NCBI GenBank assembly: GCA_000146465.1
Contig: CP001950.1
DNA length: 64,000 bases
Strand: one strand, 5' to 3'
Below are positions 30,359 to 39,829 of the stretch, in pieces. The notes under the pieces were generated by a model that was given only the letters and a program-made list of their open reading frames with translations, did no database searches and was not told where the DNA came from. Within the stretch, counting starts at the first letter, position 1. Each line of letters begins with the position of its first letter. Both the position numbers and the translations under genes were made by a program.

Positions 30359-31207
30359 ATGAAGCTATCCAGATCATTTATCGGGCCATTTAACCCTAAT
30401 CTAGGTAGAATGCCAAATTCCAGAGGCTTGAAAAGACTCTATGACTCCTTTTTTTGCTCAAGGACCATATATCTTAGGGAGGAGGAAACACTTGCCATCA
30501 AATCATTTCTGCATTCCAAGAGGCCGGTTCTCCATATCTGTGGAAATCCTGGAACCGGAAAAACACACGTTACTGTCAATACCATAGAGGGCTCTTTCCT
30601 TTACCTAAACTATTACAGCGAGAGTGATATTTTTTCAAAGATAAAGAACAGCAACTCTCCAGTGGTGGTTATAGATGAGTTTGACAAGTATTACAACGAA
30701 AGAAGAAATGAGTGTATGCAAGCCATGCACTACCTACGGTCTCGTCAGAAGCTAATAACTATATCTAATGACCTGAGGATGTCTGGGGATGTCTTATTTT
30801 TTAGGCCATATTCCTCCTCCGATATGGAGAAGATTCTGGCCCAAAAGACTTTAAAGGAATCTGCGGAAGCCATTCTGAGTCCTATAGCTATAAAGATTGT
30901 ATCAAAAAGAATTGGGCCGTCAGGAGACCTCAGACAACTCTTTAGATATGTACAGGAAATTGTGGGAAGAAAAATCATGGAAGGAGGTTCGTTGGAAATA
31001 GATCTGGAGGATATACCTCTTGAAAAGGAAAACCTAGATTCAAAGCCCAATAATGTGCACCACAGTATTATCACATCGCTTATCTCCAAGAACAAAAAAG
31101 CCTCAAGAATGGAAATATATTCAAAGTACCTCAGGGAATGCCAAGAAATGAAAATCTCCTCCCATGACAGAACAGATTTTAATATTATATACGACATATA
31201 TACTTGA
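30359..31207 (+). CDS. Cdc6/Orc1-like AAA+ ATPase
   Basis: Walker A LHICGNPGTGKT and Walker B VVVIDEFD, with layout matching Cdc6 (RLYDSFF...REEETLAIKSFLHSKRPVLHICG). Track start 30311 is TTG. The first ATG is at about 30359, with an alternative at about 30410 (MPNSRGLK). Confidence 0.55.
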   Translation: MKLSRSFIGPFNPNLGRMPNSRGLKRLYDSFFCSRTIYLREEETLAIKSFLHSKRPVLHICGNPGTGKTHVTVNTIEGSFLYLNYYSESDIFSKIKNSNSPVVVIDEFDKYYNERRNECMQAMHYLRSRQKLITISNDLRMSGDVLFFRPYSSSDMEKILAQKTLKESAEAILSPIAIKIVSKRIGPSGDLRQLFRYVQEIVGRKIMEGGSLEIDLEDIPLEKENLDSKPNNVHHSIITSLISKNKKASRMEIYSKYLRECQEMKISSHDRTDFNIIYDIYT

Positions 31208-31230
31208 AAATGCCGTAATACTTCTTGAGA

Positions 31231-32058
31231 TCAAATCACTATAAGATCTTCGATGCAATGGTAATCATATTGAAGCTTCCAATGCTCGATGGGGTGCCTT
31301 TTGGCGAATGTCATTCCATCTCCAAAGGGGCCTATGAGAAAAAGGGCATAGGGAGGACCCAAAGTATCTATAAGGTTGTTTATAATGCCTCTATCATAAG
31401 GAGACCGGAGGGTGGTTAAACCTTGGATTTTGTTCATGTCCTCTTGTTTCATCTCTTCAATGAAAGTCATATTCATCAAGGCAAGCCTCAACTGCAGATA
31501 GAAGAAAAAAGATGTCATTACAAGGAACACAAGGGATGATATTCCAGATATCACCAGAATGTAGTAATCCCTTCTATGCCGAAGGGGTTTGTTGAAAAGT
31601 AGAACTGCAATGAATTCTATAGACATGTAGAGAAATATGAGCCAGTTTGCTAAGGCTGTAAAGAACAAGAACCTTATAAAATGACCTTGGTTATCATAAT
31701 TCACACAGTTATTGATCCAAAAGCAGTGGTGGTCCATTTTCTTTATGCAATGTCCACAAGAGGAGCAATGATGAGCTCTTTCCGGCTTATGATTTCTGCA
31801 TTTCTTACAGAACCTCTTGATTTCATCGTGGTCTATGAGGTTAATGGCTTCTGAGTTGCTCTCAACATGGCCTCTGTAAAGTATCGAAAGCATTAGATAG
31901 ATGGCCGATAAAGTACTTGAGAGTAGAAGAAGCACAACATAAGTCCCCTTAAATGTGAAGTGAGCCGGGAGGATAATTTCGGACAATGGAGCGATGTATG
32001 TGAATGCAAGTGAAGAAATTAGTAGTGTCATTCTAAAATTCGGCCTTATTTTACCCAT
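31231..32058 (-). CDS. DHHC-type protein S-palmitoyltransferase
   Basis: CKKCRNHKPERAHHCSSCGHCIKKMDHHCFWINNCVNYDNQGHF (DHHC-CRD) flanked by TM helices. ATG confirmed. Confidence 0.85.
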   Translation of the reverse strand: MGKIRPNFRMTLLISSLAFTYIAPLSEIILPAHFTFKGTYVVLLLLSSTLSAIYLMLSILYRGHVESNSEAINLIDHDEIKRFCKKCRNHKPERAHHCSSCGHCIKKMDHHCFWINNCVNYDNQGHFIRFLFFTALANWLIFLYMSIEFIAVLLFNKPLRHRRDYYILVISGISSLVFLVMTSFFFYLQLRLALMNMTFIEEMKQEDMNKIQGLTTLRSPYDRGIINNLIDTLGPPYALFLIGPFGDGMTFAKRHPIEHWKLQYDYHCIEDLIVI

Positions 32059-32149
32059 TCCAAGGGTTTATTTATTTGTGTTTTTGAGCAGGTAGGTTTG
32101 GCAAAAAACGGGATGAAACCTACATCAAAAAGCGTTTGATCCCTGGAAT

Positions 32150-32968
32150 TTAGGTTATCTTGGTGCAGAAAGGAATAAGGTCTTTGTAATCGTCGGCCCA
32201 AAATGGACCGAGAAGTTCGTAAGAATAGAGGATTCTTTTTCCTTCTCTTATGGCCCGTTTTTTCTGGAGCTTCACAGAAAACAAGATTCCGTTTTCAAAT
32301 GGATTTTGGGAAAGAATGAAAGGTATACAGAAAGATGAAGATATGGGGATGTTGACTATATAGTCAAACACCAAGGCTATTTCCAGCCCTTTAATGATCA
32401 AGAATGATCCTTCTTCTTCAAACACAATCTCATTTCTGATTAGCTCTTTTTTCAGCCCAGCAGTGGCTTTTAGACACGAATCAAACAACAGAAAGTTGTT
32501 TTTGAGTTTCACACAAAACTTAGTGTTGTTCTTTTTGTATTCCCTGAACGCTGACTTAATTGCTATGAGATATTCCGAATACATTCTCCTAAAGAGTGGA
32601 GATCCATCATTCTTTGTCTCAAGTTCAAAAGGAAATTTGTACATCTTCTGCTCCTGTGCTTGGATTTCTATGTCTGCCATCAGGACCATGGAAGTGAATA
32701 TTCCATAAAGAATCTTTTCATCCTCAACTTTAGGCTTTTCCTTGTTTCTTACAAGAAGTTCTTCAAAGATAGCATCTTCCATTCGATTATCTCCAACTGG
32801 GCATTCCTCATTGCTTATCTTGATCTTTTTGTACAATGACCGAGATAAAACATCGAACGGATTGTCGCTTACCTTGGATAGGATGTCTATTTTCTCATCT
32901 ATCCCGCTACTTCTATTAAGTTTTCCTCCATCTTCATCTTTTACATTATGATTCCAAGTTCCTTCCAT
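32150..32968 (-). CDS. Hypothetical protein
   Basis: Track ORF extends to 33184 but would overlap RPC82 by about 190 nt with a hydrophobic junk N-terminus. The start was re-set to the internal ATG (MEGTWNHNV...) at about 32968. Confidence 0.35.
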   Translation of the reverse strand: MEGTWNHNVKDEDGGKLNRSSGIDEKIDILSKVSDNPFDVLSRSLYKKIKISNEECPVGDNRMEDAIFEELLVRNKEKPKVEDEKILYGIFTSMVLMADIEIQAQEQKMYKFPFELETKNDGSPLFRRMYSEYLIAIKSAFREYKKNNTKFCVKLKNNFLLFDSCLKATAGLKKELIRNEIVFEEEGSFLIIKGLEIALVFDYIVNIPISSSFCIPFILSQNPFENGILFSVKLQKKRAIREGKRILYSYELLGPFWADDYKDLIPFCTKIT

Positions 32969-32997
32969 GTCTCTGTCAGGCCTATATTTTCCATTTG

Positions 32998-34317
32998 ATG
33001 TGGAGACGACCTGTATCTTACATTCCTGCTTTATTGAAAATTTTTGCCAAGTCCAAAGACATGCCGGGATTAGTAGGAGGGATACTGGAAGATTATGGGA
33101 ATATTCCACAGAAGATAGGTTTTTTTCTAGGGAAAAGAAACGGAAGTACAATAGAATACATAGTTCAAAATACATCTCTAACATACTCTCAGGTCATGCA
33201 TGGCCTTTCCTTGATGATACAACGTAGACTTGTGAGATACTTTCAGTACGAAAAGAAAGTCCATTATGTGTTGGATGTAGATATGGTATACAGGAGGATG
33301 TATTTTGGAATTTATTGTAATCTCATCGAGGATATGTTTGGAGCAGATGCTGCAGAGAAGTTCATGGAGGTTCTGATAGATGGCTTTTCTAAGGCGGATA
33401 TCTTCTTAGAGGAAAAAATAAGGGAGATTATCGATGCTGGAATGATAATCCCAATAGGAAGAAAGGAAGCAAGTCTACTAGTTGCTGGGGCAAGAGATCC
33501 GACAGAATGGATGAGAAGAGCTAGAATGGAGAAGGAAGAGGAAAAAACGGAAAGAAAAAATCGAAAGACAGAAGAAATCCAAAGGTTTTATATTGTTGAT
33601 TTTGGCCTTCTCGATAGCATATTGATAAATAACATGCTCTTATCCTTTGTTAGGAAGAGATATCTATCTAAGGCTGAAAAGATCTACAGGTCGATTCTCA
33701 AGTGCAATCTAGTCTCGATCGACTCCATAATTGGCAGTTTTGAAGAGGAGACGAGTATTTCTCGGGGGGACATTACTTCATGCATCAAATACTTTAGTAA
33801 CTGTGGGCTGCTTCAAAAGAGCTTGGACTGCTCTGAGACTTATTTCAAGGATGAAGATAGTGTAAAAGAAATTCTTGTGGTTGACATCTTAAACCGGATT
33901 CTATCAGAAAACAGTAAGGAAGGACAGAGGATTTTCAATATGATGCTAGAGTACAAAACACTGGAGGATAAAGATATTGTAATCAAATCTCTTATTCCTT
34001 CTTATATGGTCAAGAAATCACTGATTATGCTTCATTCAAAAGGGTTTGTGGTATTAAAGCGCACGGAATCTGGGGAATCAAAGCCGGTCCTCCAATGGGA
34101 GGTAAACACAGGTCGTGCATCAAAAGTTGTTAGAGAGGAAATTAAAGAAATGCTGGAAGTATCTTGGGCCTCGGTAAACCAGAGGTGGAAATACATAGGG
34201 CTCAATGGAGATGGTGAAGACGAAGGATATAAGGCTCTCGACCATATGTTAGGTTTATCATTAGACTTCTTTATTCTTGGAGTTCGAAATATGGACTTCA
34301 AGTCTGAGATGTTTTGA
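32998..34317 (+). CDS. RNA polymerase III subunit RPC82/RPC3-like (winged-helix repeats)
   Basis: N-terminal GLVGGILEDYGNIPQKIGFFLGKRNGSTIEYIVQNTSLTYSQVMHGLSLMIQRRLVRY matches the RPC82 pattern (HFGEIVEKIG...LSxxQV...LIQHNLV). Track start is TTG; the ATG is the next codon (alternative MPGLVGG at about 33061). Confidence 0.5.
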   Translation: MWRRPVSYIPALLKIFAKSKDMPGLVGGILEDYGNIPQKIGFFLGKRNGSTIEYIVQNTSLTYSQVMHGLSLMIQRRLVRYFQYEKKVHYVLDVDMVYRRMYFGIYCNLIEDMFGADAAEKFMEVLIDGFSKADIFLEEKIREIIDAGMIIPIGRKEASLLVAGARDPTEWMRRARMEKEEEKTERKNRKTEEIQRFYIVDFGLLDSILINNMLLSFVRKRYLSKAEKIYRSILKCNLVSIDSIIGSFEEETSISRGDITSCIKYFSNCGLLQKSLDCSETYFKDEDSVKEILVVDILNRILSENSKEGQRIFNMMLEYKTLEDKDIVIKSLIPSYMVKKSLIMLHSKGFVVLKRTESGESKPVLQWEVNTGRASKVVREEIKEMLEVSWASVNQRWKYIGLNGDGEDEGYKALDHMLGLSLDFFILGVRNMDFKSEMF

Positions 34318-34352
34318 AATTTTTGAAGAATGATTTAGACATCCCAGAAATA

Positions 34353-35555
34353 ATGGCTAAAAGCTTGGAACAAGCACTTCTAAGAATATCCGAGTTGGAG
34401 GAAAAGATAGAAAACCAGCAGATAATAATCGACGCTCTTGTGGCTCGTATGAAAAAAATGGCAGGAAGCGATACGAGTATAGCTTTGGAGAAATGTTGCA
34501 AGGAGCAGGAGGAATGTAATCCTAGAAAGGAAATTTCCCAGGATATGGTACGCCTTGAATTTAGAAAAGAAGAAGGTAAAAAGGACCGAAAGGATGGTCT
34601 GTCTTTTGAGGAGGAGATTGAGGACTTGTTTAGACGGGATAAGGTTCCCAAACAATTCAAAGATACATTTACAATTGAGGCTCTTATATCTTACTCCAAA
34701 GAATCGCACAGCTTTTCATTAAATAGTAGAGTGGATGTGAAGATGAAGAAATCATTCCATACAAATGTTAAGCAGCAGATTGACAAGATTTCAAGACACA
34801 TTATGGTGAATCTAAATACATACGACCTCAACACTATCTGTTCAACACTCAATCTGATTTCGGGAGACCTTGAGTATCAGCATAAGCTGGTGACTGCTCA
34901 TGACATCATCCTTTTCATTGATGACTTTTCAAGGATACCGTTCATTATTTCCGCCTTATTCAACAACCAGGGAATCCGTAACGACGTGTTAGGGGAGACC
35001 ATAAAGGAAATCCTGCTTCACCAATGCATGGTTGATAGCGATATACATAAAAATCATCCCCATATTGTAAGCTATTATAACAAGATAGTCAGTAATTTCG
35101 AACTCCATCCGAAAGAAAAGTCCTTGAAGGACATATGTGCCAACCTAGTTGTAAGTTTCGATGTCTTCGAGAATGGAGCTTTCAATCCGATGATATTTCC
35201 AAGTATGTATTCTGTAAGGGCCCTATGCCATTATATGGACTGGGACTATGCATATAACGAGTTCATATGCACAGTGCTCTACCCGAGGCTGAGGGAAACT
35301 CGCGATCCCCTGTGTGCTATCTACATGTCTACTGTAGCATTGAATGCGATGAGAGTATTTGGAGCCATTGAAAGTGTAGAGCTTGTATTTGAAAAACTCA
35401 AAGAGTTTATGAATGATGCCTCGGACCTATCCATAACCATCTATCTATTTATTAAGCAAATCGATCCCCAGAGAGCCAATGTGTGGTATGAATCACAGGT
35501 GGAGAGGATAAACCATGTCGATGGAGAATATTTGAAAAATCTCCTATTGTATTAA
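34353..35555 (+). CDS. Hypothetical protein (about 400 aa)
   Basis: Track start 34314 is TTG. The first ATG (MAKSLEQALL) is at about 34353. N-terminal coiled coil. No family recognised. Confidence 0.4.
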   Translation: MAKSLEQALLRISELEEKIENQQIIIDALVARMKKMAGSDTSIALEKCCKEQEECNPRKEISQDMVRLEFRKEEGKKDRKDGLSFEEEIEDLFRRDKVPKQFKDTFTIEALISYSKESHSFSLNSRVDVKMKKSFHTNVKQQIDKISRHIMVNLNTYDLNTICSTLNLISGDLEYQHKLVTAHDIILFIDDFSRIPFIISALFNNQGIRNDVLGETIKEILLHQCMVDSDIHKNHPHIVSYYNKIVSNFELHPKEKSLKDICANLVVSFDVFENGAFNPMIFPSMYSVRALCHYMDWDYAYNEFICTVLYPRLRETRDPLCAIYMSTVALNAMRVFGAIESVELVFEKLKEFMNDASDLSITIYLFIKQIDPQRANVWYESQVERINHVDGEYLKNLLLY

Positions 35556-35612
35556 TGTGGAAATAAAGTTTTTGGAGTGACACAGAAGTGCGAAATTTTG
35601 TACCCTTAGAAG

Positions 35613-36530
35613 ATGAACAAAGAGGCCTTTGAACGGCTTCCTCAGGAAAAGAAGAAGATCATAGAAACAGCGTACTTCAGTGCTGTGAGGAAGGAAATAT
35701 CCGCGTCCCAGTTTTTTGGAGTTTGTAAAGAAGCACTAACCAAAGATCAGTTTGAAAGTCTGTTTTCAAACAACACGCCTAACAAGGAACAGCAAGAAGA
35801 AATGAAGACAGAGCATCTTCAAGATATTATACAGTACTCCGGAGTAGATTTGAAAGAAGAAGCGGAGCATATTGTCAGAGAGACAGAGACAAACATCAAC
35901 TTTGGAGAATACGAAGAAGAGGATCTAAACAATCAGATAGGAAGTCTGCTAAATATACCTCTATTCAGAGAGTTTGTAGCTAGGATTGGAAACTCAAGAA
36001 GAGTAGGGATTAGTGAAGAGTCGTTTTTTCTTCTTTTTCAAGTTGTTAAGAGGAAGATACTTGATATTGTGGAGAAGATGGAGGAATCTAGCAAATGGAG
36101 GGTTGAGTACAACCTGTCTGAATTTATAATAAGGATAAATAACGACCTTAGCAGACAGCTATGGTGCCTCGAACAGATAGAAAAGGCAGAACTTGAAAAG
36201 TTTACCATTCGAAAGGGAGAGGAGGAAGGAAGGAAGAAGGTTAAAAAAACGATTCAGGAAAGAGAGGATCTGGTGATTAAGAAAAGGTTGAGTAATACGG
36301 TTGCACTGGCGGCTCTTGGAATCCAACAAAAGTCTTGGATGAGTGCAGAAGACGTCCGGGTGAATGAAGAGAGTACAACCTTCAATTCGATCTACTCGCC
36401 GTTTGATGAAAAAGCATTGGAGAGGAAAGTTGTAAACAGAACCATAACGATGAAGGACTTTTTATATGTATTGGAAAGAGATAGGCGATATAACAAATCT
36501 ATTTTTACTATCCAACATTATTTCAGATAG
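35613..36530 (+). CDS. Hypothetical protein, possibly TAF4-like (C-terminal RTITMKDFLYVLERD resembles the TAF4 conserved C-terminal motif)
   Basis: ATG confirmed. The assignment rests on one short motif recalled from memory. Confidence 0.35.
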   Translation: MNKEAFERLPQEKKKIIETAYFSAVRKEISASQFFGVCKEALTKDQFESLFSNNTPNKEQQEEMKTEHLQDIIQYSGVDLKEEAEHIVRETETNINFGEYEEEDLNNQIGSLLNIPLFREFVARIGNSRRVGISEESFFLLFQVVKRKILDIVEKMEESSKWRVEYNLSEFIIRINNDLSRQLWCLEQIEKAELEKFTIRKGEEEGRKKVKKTIQEREDLVIKKRLSNTVALAALGIQQKSWMSAEDVRVNEESTTFNSIYSPFDEKALERKVVNRTITMKDFLYVLERDRRYNKSIFTIQHYFR

Positions 36531-36602
36531 GGATATTTTTGATTTCCACGTCTGTTCTTTGTTTTATACTTAATTATGGTGGGGATCTAAAAACAGCGAA
36601 GA

Positions 36603-36890
36603 ATGGACAAAGAGAGCCTCGAAAAGTTTGAAGCCCAGATCTCTGTCCTATCTAGCAAGGAGATTGAGAAGGTCATGAAAAGATTGAGCAAGGATGAGTT
36701 TGATGTGTTTATAGAGATTCTAGAGAGGCACAACATGGACTTGGATAGGGATCTTGAACATGGCAAGAATGAGCTCCTACAAAGATTAGAAAACCATAGG
36801 ATTCTTTTTGAGGATGCTTGGAATGCGATTCCCGACGGGGTTAGAAAGCATTTGACGGGATATTATCAATCCATGAATGATATCCTGTAG
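36603..36890 (+). CDS. Hypothetical small helical protein (95 aa)
   Basis: ATG confirmed. No family recognised. Confidence 0.4.
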   Translation: MDKESLEKFEAQISVLSSKEIEKVMKRLSKDEFDVFIEILERHNMDLDRDLEHGKNELLQRLENHRILFEDAWNAIPDGVRKHLTGYYQSMNDIL

Positions 36891-36981
36891 AAAGGGTTCT
36901 ATTCGCTTGATAATAGTAAATACCTTTTTACTTACGTTTTTGATATTTGGATGGATTAAAGCCCTTAACCTAAGCCTGCAT

Positions 36982-38016
36982 ATGGAAGACTACATTGGAA
37001 TAAGGCTGTTATTTGAGACGTCCAAAGGAGTAATAAGCGGGATGCTTCGTGCCGTTGATGAGAATTCAGGGAAGCTGATTATTGAAGACATGAATGAAAT
37101 GAAGGATGTTCTTATCGAAGACATTCAAAGGCTGGAGATTGCCGAGGAATCTTCTCCAAATCTTTCTGTAGGACATAACTCCAAAGAGGAAAAAAGGCTT
37201 GAAAACACGCCATCTATCGATGTAGATAGTAAAGGAATGGCAGGAAAAGTCGTTTCTGGAAAGCACTTGGTAGGCTATTCTTCGAGAAAGGAGAACCTTG
37301 ACCTGGTATCTGAGAAATCTAAAAGCGGCCAAACAGACGAAAGCAGAACAAGCTATGAGAATGATGATAATGTTCGATCCTCTAGTAAAGTTGGAAGCGA
37401 CAGAAGAAGAGATGGTTATAATCTGGAAACCTCAGAAGAAGACTACTACCGAATGATGGGAAGGGCATTTAGCTACTTTGGGCCTCTTGAAGAAGAGTTC
37501 TGTTCTATTGCTGCACGTCAAACATACAGAATATTCTCTACATACTTCAATAATTCAAGTCTAAGGGTGGAGGTGTTTGTGGCAGGTGACGATGTCTTTT
37601 CAAGTATAGGGTTTATACTTGGAAGGCTACTTCTACACACAGGGAAGATGTCTTCTATAATATGCAATGAAAATCTCTTGAGGAACACAAGGTATAGACA
37701 GTCCTATCTAAACTCGGGAGGAGTTATTACCAACAGACCTGCCCCGGAGCCAAGCATACACATTTATTCTTGCAATAAATCTTTAGTTCCCGCCTGGGCC
37801 AGGAACAACATAAGAGGATCGATCTATTTGGACATGCCAGGGCACAACTCCGAGGAGAAAGAAACAAAAATAGGTCTTTGTTTTGGGTCAATACCAGCTT
37901 ATCATCGAAGATTCAACGGGATAGTGTACTTTGTCGACATAGAGTATCCAGCTCCTCTTTATGAAGAGTTCGGGCTTCAGAAGCCTACAAGAAGTAAGAT
38001 CCACAAGGTAAAGTAG
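36982..38016 (+). CDS. LSm-domain protein with long C-terminal extension, Edc3/Lsm16-like
   Basis: N-terminal Sm-like fold IGIRLLFETSKGVISGMLRAVDENSGKLIIEDMNE. C-terminal RVEVFVAGDDVFSSIGFILGRLLLHTG resembles a degenerate YjeF-N Rossmann-like region. Track ORF 36877 has a junk N-terminus overlapping the upstream gene; the start was re-set to MEDYIG at about 36982. Confidence 0.4.
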   Translation: MEDYIGIRLLFETSKGVISGMLRAVDENSGKLIIEDMNEMKDVLIEDIQRLEIAEESSPNLSVGHNSKEEKRLENTPSIDVDSKGMAGKVVSGKHLVGYSSRKENLDLVSEKSKSGQTDESRTSYENDDNVRSSSKVGSDRRRDGYNLETSEEDYYRMMGRAFSYFGPLEEEFCSIAARQTYRIFSTYFNNSSLRVEVFVAGDDVFSSIGFILGRLLLHTGKMSSIICNENLLRNTRYRQSYLNSGGVITNRPAPEPSIHIYSCNKSLVPAWARNNIRGSIYLDMPGHNSEEKETKIGLCFGSIPAYHRRFNGIVYFVDIEYPAPLYEEFGLQKPTRSKIHKVK

Positions 38017-38021
38017 CTGTT

Positions 38022-39779
38022 TTAATTTTCGATGAAGTTCTCGAAAAACTTGCTCACGCTTAAGGACGGCTCCTCCTCTCCATTGGAATCATAGAGATTC
38101 CTAAGATCCTTACCTTCAATGTTAAGGGATTTAAGGTCCAAGATGTCGTCCACGCTGAACATTTCAAAAGCCTTTTTAAGTTCTACAGAATCAAACAGGG
38201 TATTGTGCATTTCCTTAACTATTAAAAGATAATCTTCTAAGGATATTCTGCCCTCGGGATTCCCAAAAGGAACCATTCCCTCATCCACCGAAAGACCTAA
38301 CTGGCTCAAACACCAGCAAAGATCCATTGGACTTATTCCACATTCATTTTTCTTCACTGCCTTGTTGAACAGAGCAGTGGCACTTTCAAGAATCTTGTCC
38401 TCTTTCTCTCTTTTGCTCAGAATCTTTTCCAAGGTTTCAAGTTTCTTTGCAGCAATATTCTTAAATCCCTCCTTCTGAGTCTTTGTCAAGGGATGTGTAA
38501 AGGTCATCTCCATAAGTCTGCTCTTAAGCTCAGAAGTACCTTGCATCTGTTCCTTCATGTTTTCTCCTTTGGCAAATACATGCTTGAAAAATTCAAATAT
38601 TCTATTTAGAGCATCAAACTCGGATTGGAAGGAAGGATCAAACAACTTCTTGATTTCAATGCTGTTCGCAATGCTCTCCGGATGCAAGGAAGGGAACTCA
38701 AGCTTATCGAGAGACACGTCCTCCGGTGGGAAATATCTTTTTATTCTGTAGAGGTCATGGATTGCGTTTATACTTCCAAAAAGAGAATGAATCTCGGTAG
38801 ACTCATGCATTGCCTTGGAGTTTGTTTCAAGCATTAGTTCAAATGCCTTGTTGAGGCTTCTTATCATCTTGCATACCTCTTTTTTCTGATTACTCAAGTC
38901 TTGTATCAAGGACCTTAAGCTTCTTGCTTTAACCTCATAAAGGTTTCGGGCTTGTATCGACCAGTCCACAGCTTCCAAAACCCCCTTAACTCTGTTCAAA
39001 GCAAGCTTTTCCTTCTCATACTCCTTGAATTTTCTGTAGTATCCAGATACATATGTCATAATACTCTTTTCGTCGGGAATCGATACCTCTGCAATATCTT
39101 CTACATCCAGCAGCTTCTTGATGTTTAGAGACTTCTCTGCAATCCTAAACGCTTGGCTTAAGTTATAGGCCTTTTTTGAAGGCTTAAGCTCATGAAAGTT
39201 TGGAACAAGGTCTGGCCGGAACCTATGGATAATTGCATTGAATGCAAGCCCATCCTGCCAGCTTCGAGAAAAATCAACTACATTTACATTTTTGTATCCA
39301 TTGGTCACTTCCTTGCACCATCTAAGCAATTCGTTTCTTATAGAAAGTTCCCCTGCCTCTGTAATCTCTGCAATAGATAGCCTTAAGATCAAAGACCACA
39401 CAAGTCCTAATATAAGCTTTGGGTTTCCATCAACAATATCAGCTGGCCCTATGTTTATGAGCTTGACTTTCTTTCCTTTTATAAAGGACAGAATCCTCTC
39501 TACGTTTTCCATTTTTTGGATTCTTGTGCATGGGGCCGGGTTGTATTCAACCACATCCTTCTGCAAAGCCGTCAACAAATGTGCAAGCTTCACTCCGTCG
39601 CAAAGATCTTCAAATATATCTCCGATCTCCTTATGCCCTCCCTTCACCAACTTCTCATTCACCCACTTCGTAAACGTTTTCTTTTGGACTTCTTGCCATT
39701 CTTTCTCCTCTTGCTGCGTCATCTGGGATAACCCTCTTTTCCAATTATAAAAGTATTGTGAGTCTAGGCAGTCAAGCAT
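38022..39779 (-). CDS. Calponin-homology (CH) domain actin-binding protein of the alpha-actinin/spectrin type: tandem CH domains, helical rod, EF-hand-like C-terminus
   Basis: QKKTFTKWVNEKL...IGDIFEDLCDGVKLAHLLTAL (CH1) and KNVNVVDFSRSWQDGLAFNAIIHRFRPDL (CH2). Track start 39800 is TTG; the first ATG (MLDCLDS) is at about 39779. Confidence 0.65.
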   Translation of the reverse strand: MLDCLDSQYFYNWKRGLSQMTQQEEKEWQEVQKKTFTKWVNEKLVKGGHKEIGDIFEDLCDGVKLAHLLTALQKDVVEYNPAPCTRIQKMENVERILSFIKGKKVKLINIGPADIVDGNPKLILGLVWSLILRLSIAEITEAGELSIRNELLRWCKEVTNGYKNVNVVDFSRSWQDGLAFNAIIHRFRPDLVPNFHELKPSKKAYNLSQAFRIAEKSLNIKKLLDVEDIAEVSIPDEKSIMTYVSGYYRKFKEYEKEKLALNRVKGVLEAVDWSIQARNLYEVKARSLRSLIQDLSNQKKEVCKMIRSLNKAFELMLETNSKAMHESTEIHSLFGSINAIHDLYRIKRYFPPEDVSLDKLEFPSLHPESIANSIEIKKLFDPSFQSEFDALNRIFEFFKHVFAKGENMKEQMQGTSELKSRLMEMTFTHPLTKTQKEGFKNIAAKKLETLEKILSKREKEDKILESATALFNKAVKKNECGISPMDLCWCLSQLGLSVDEGMVPFGNPEGRISLEDYLLIVKEMHNTLFDSVELKKAFEMFSVDDILDLKSLNIEGKDLRNLYDSNGEEEPSLSVSKFFENFIEN

Positions 39780-39829
39780 AAAATTAACAAAAGAAAACAA
39801 GTCACATATTTTAGTTATGACAGCAAAGA

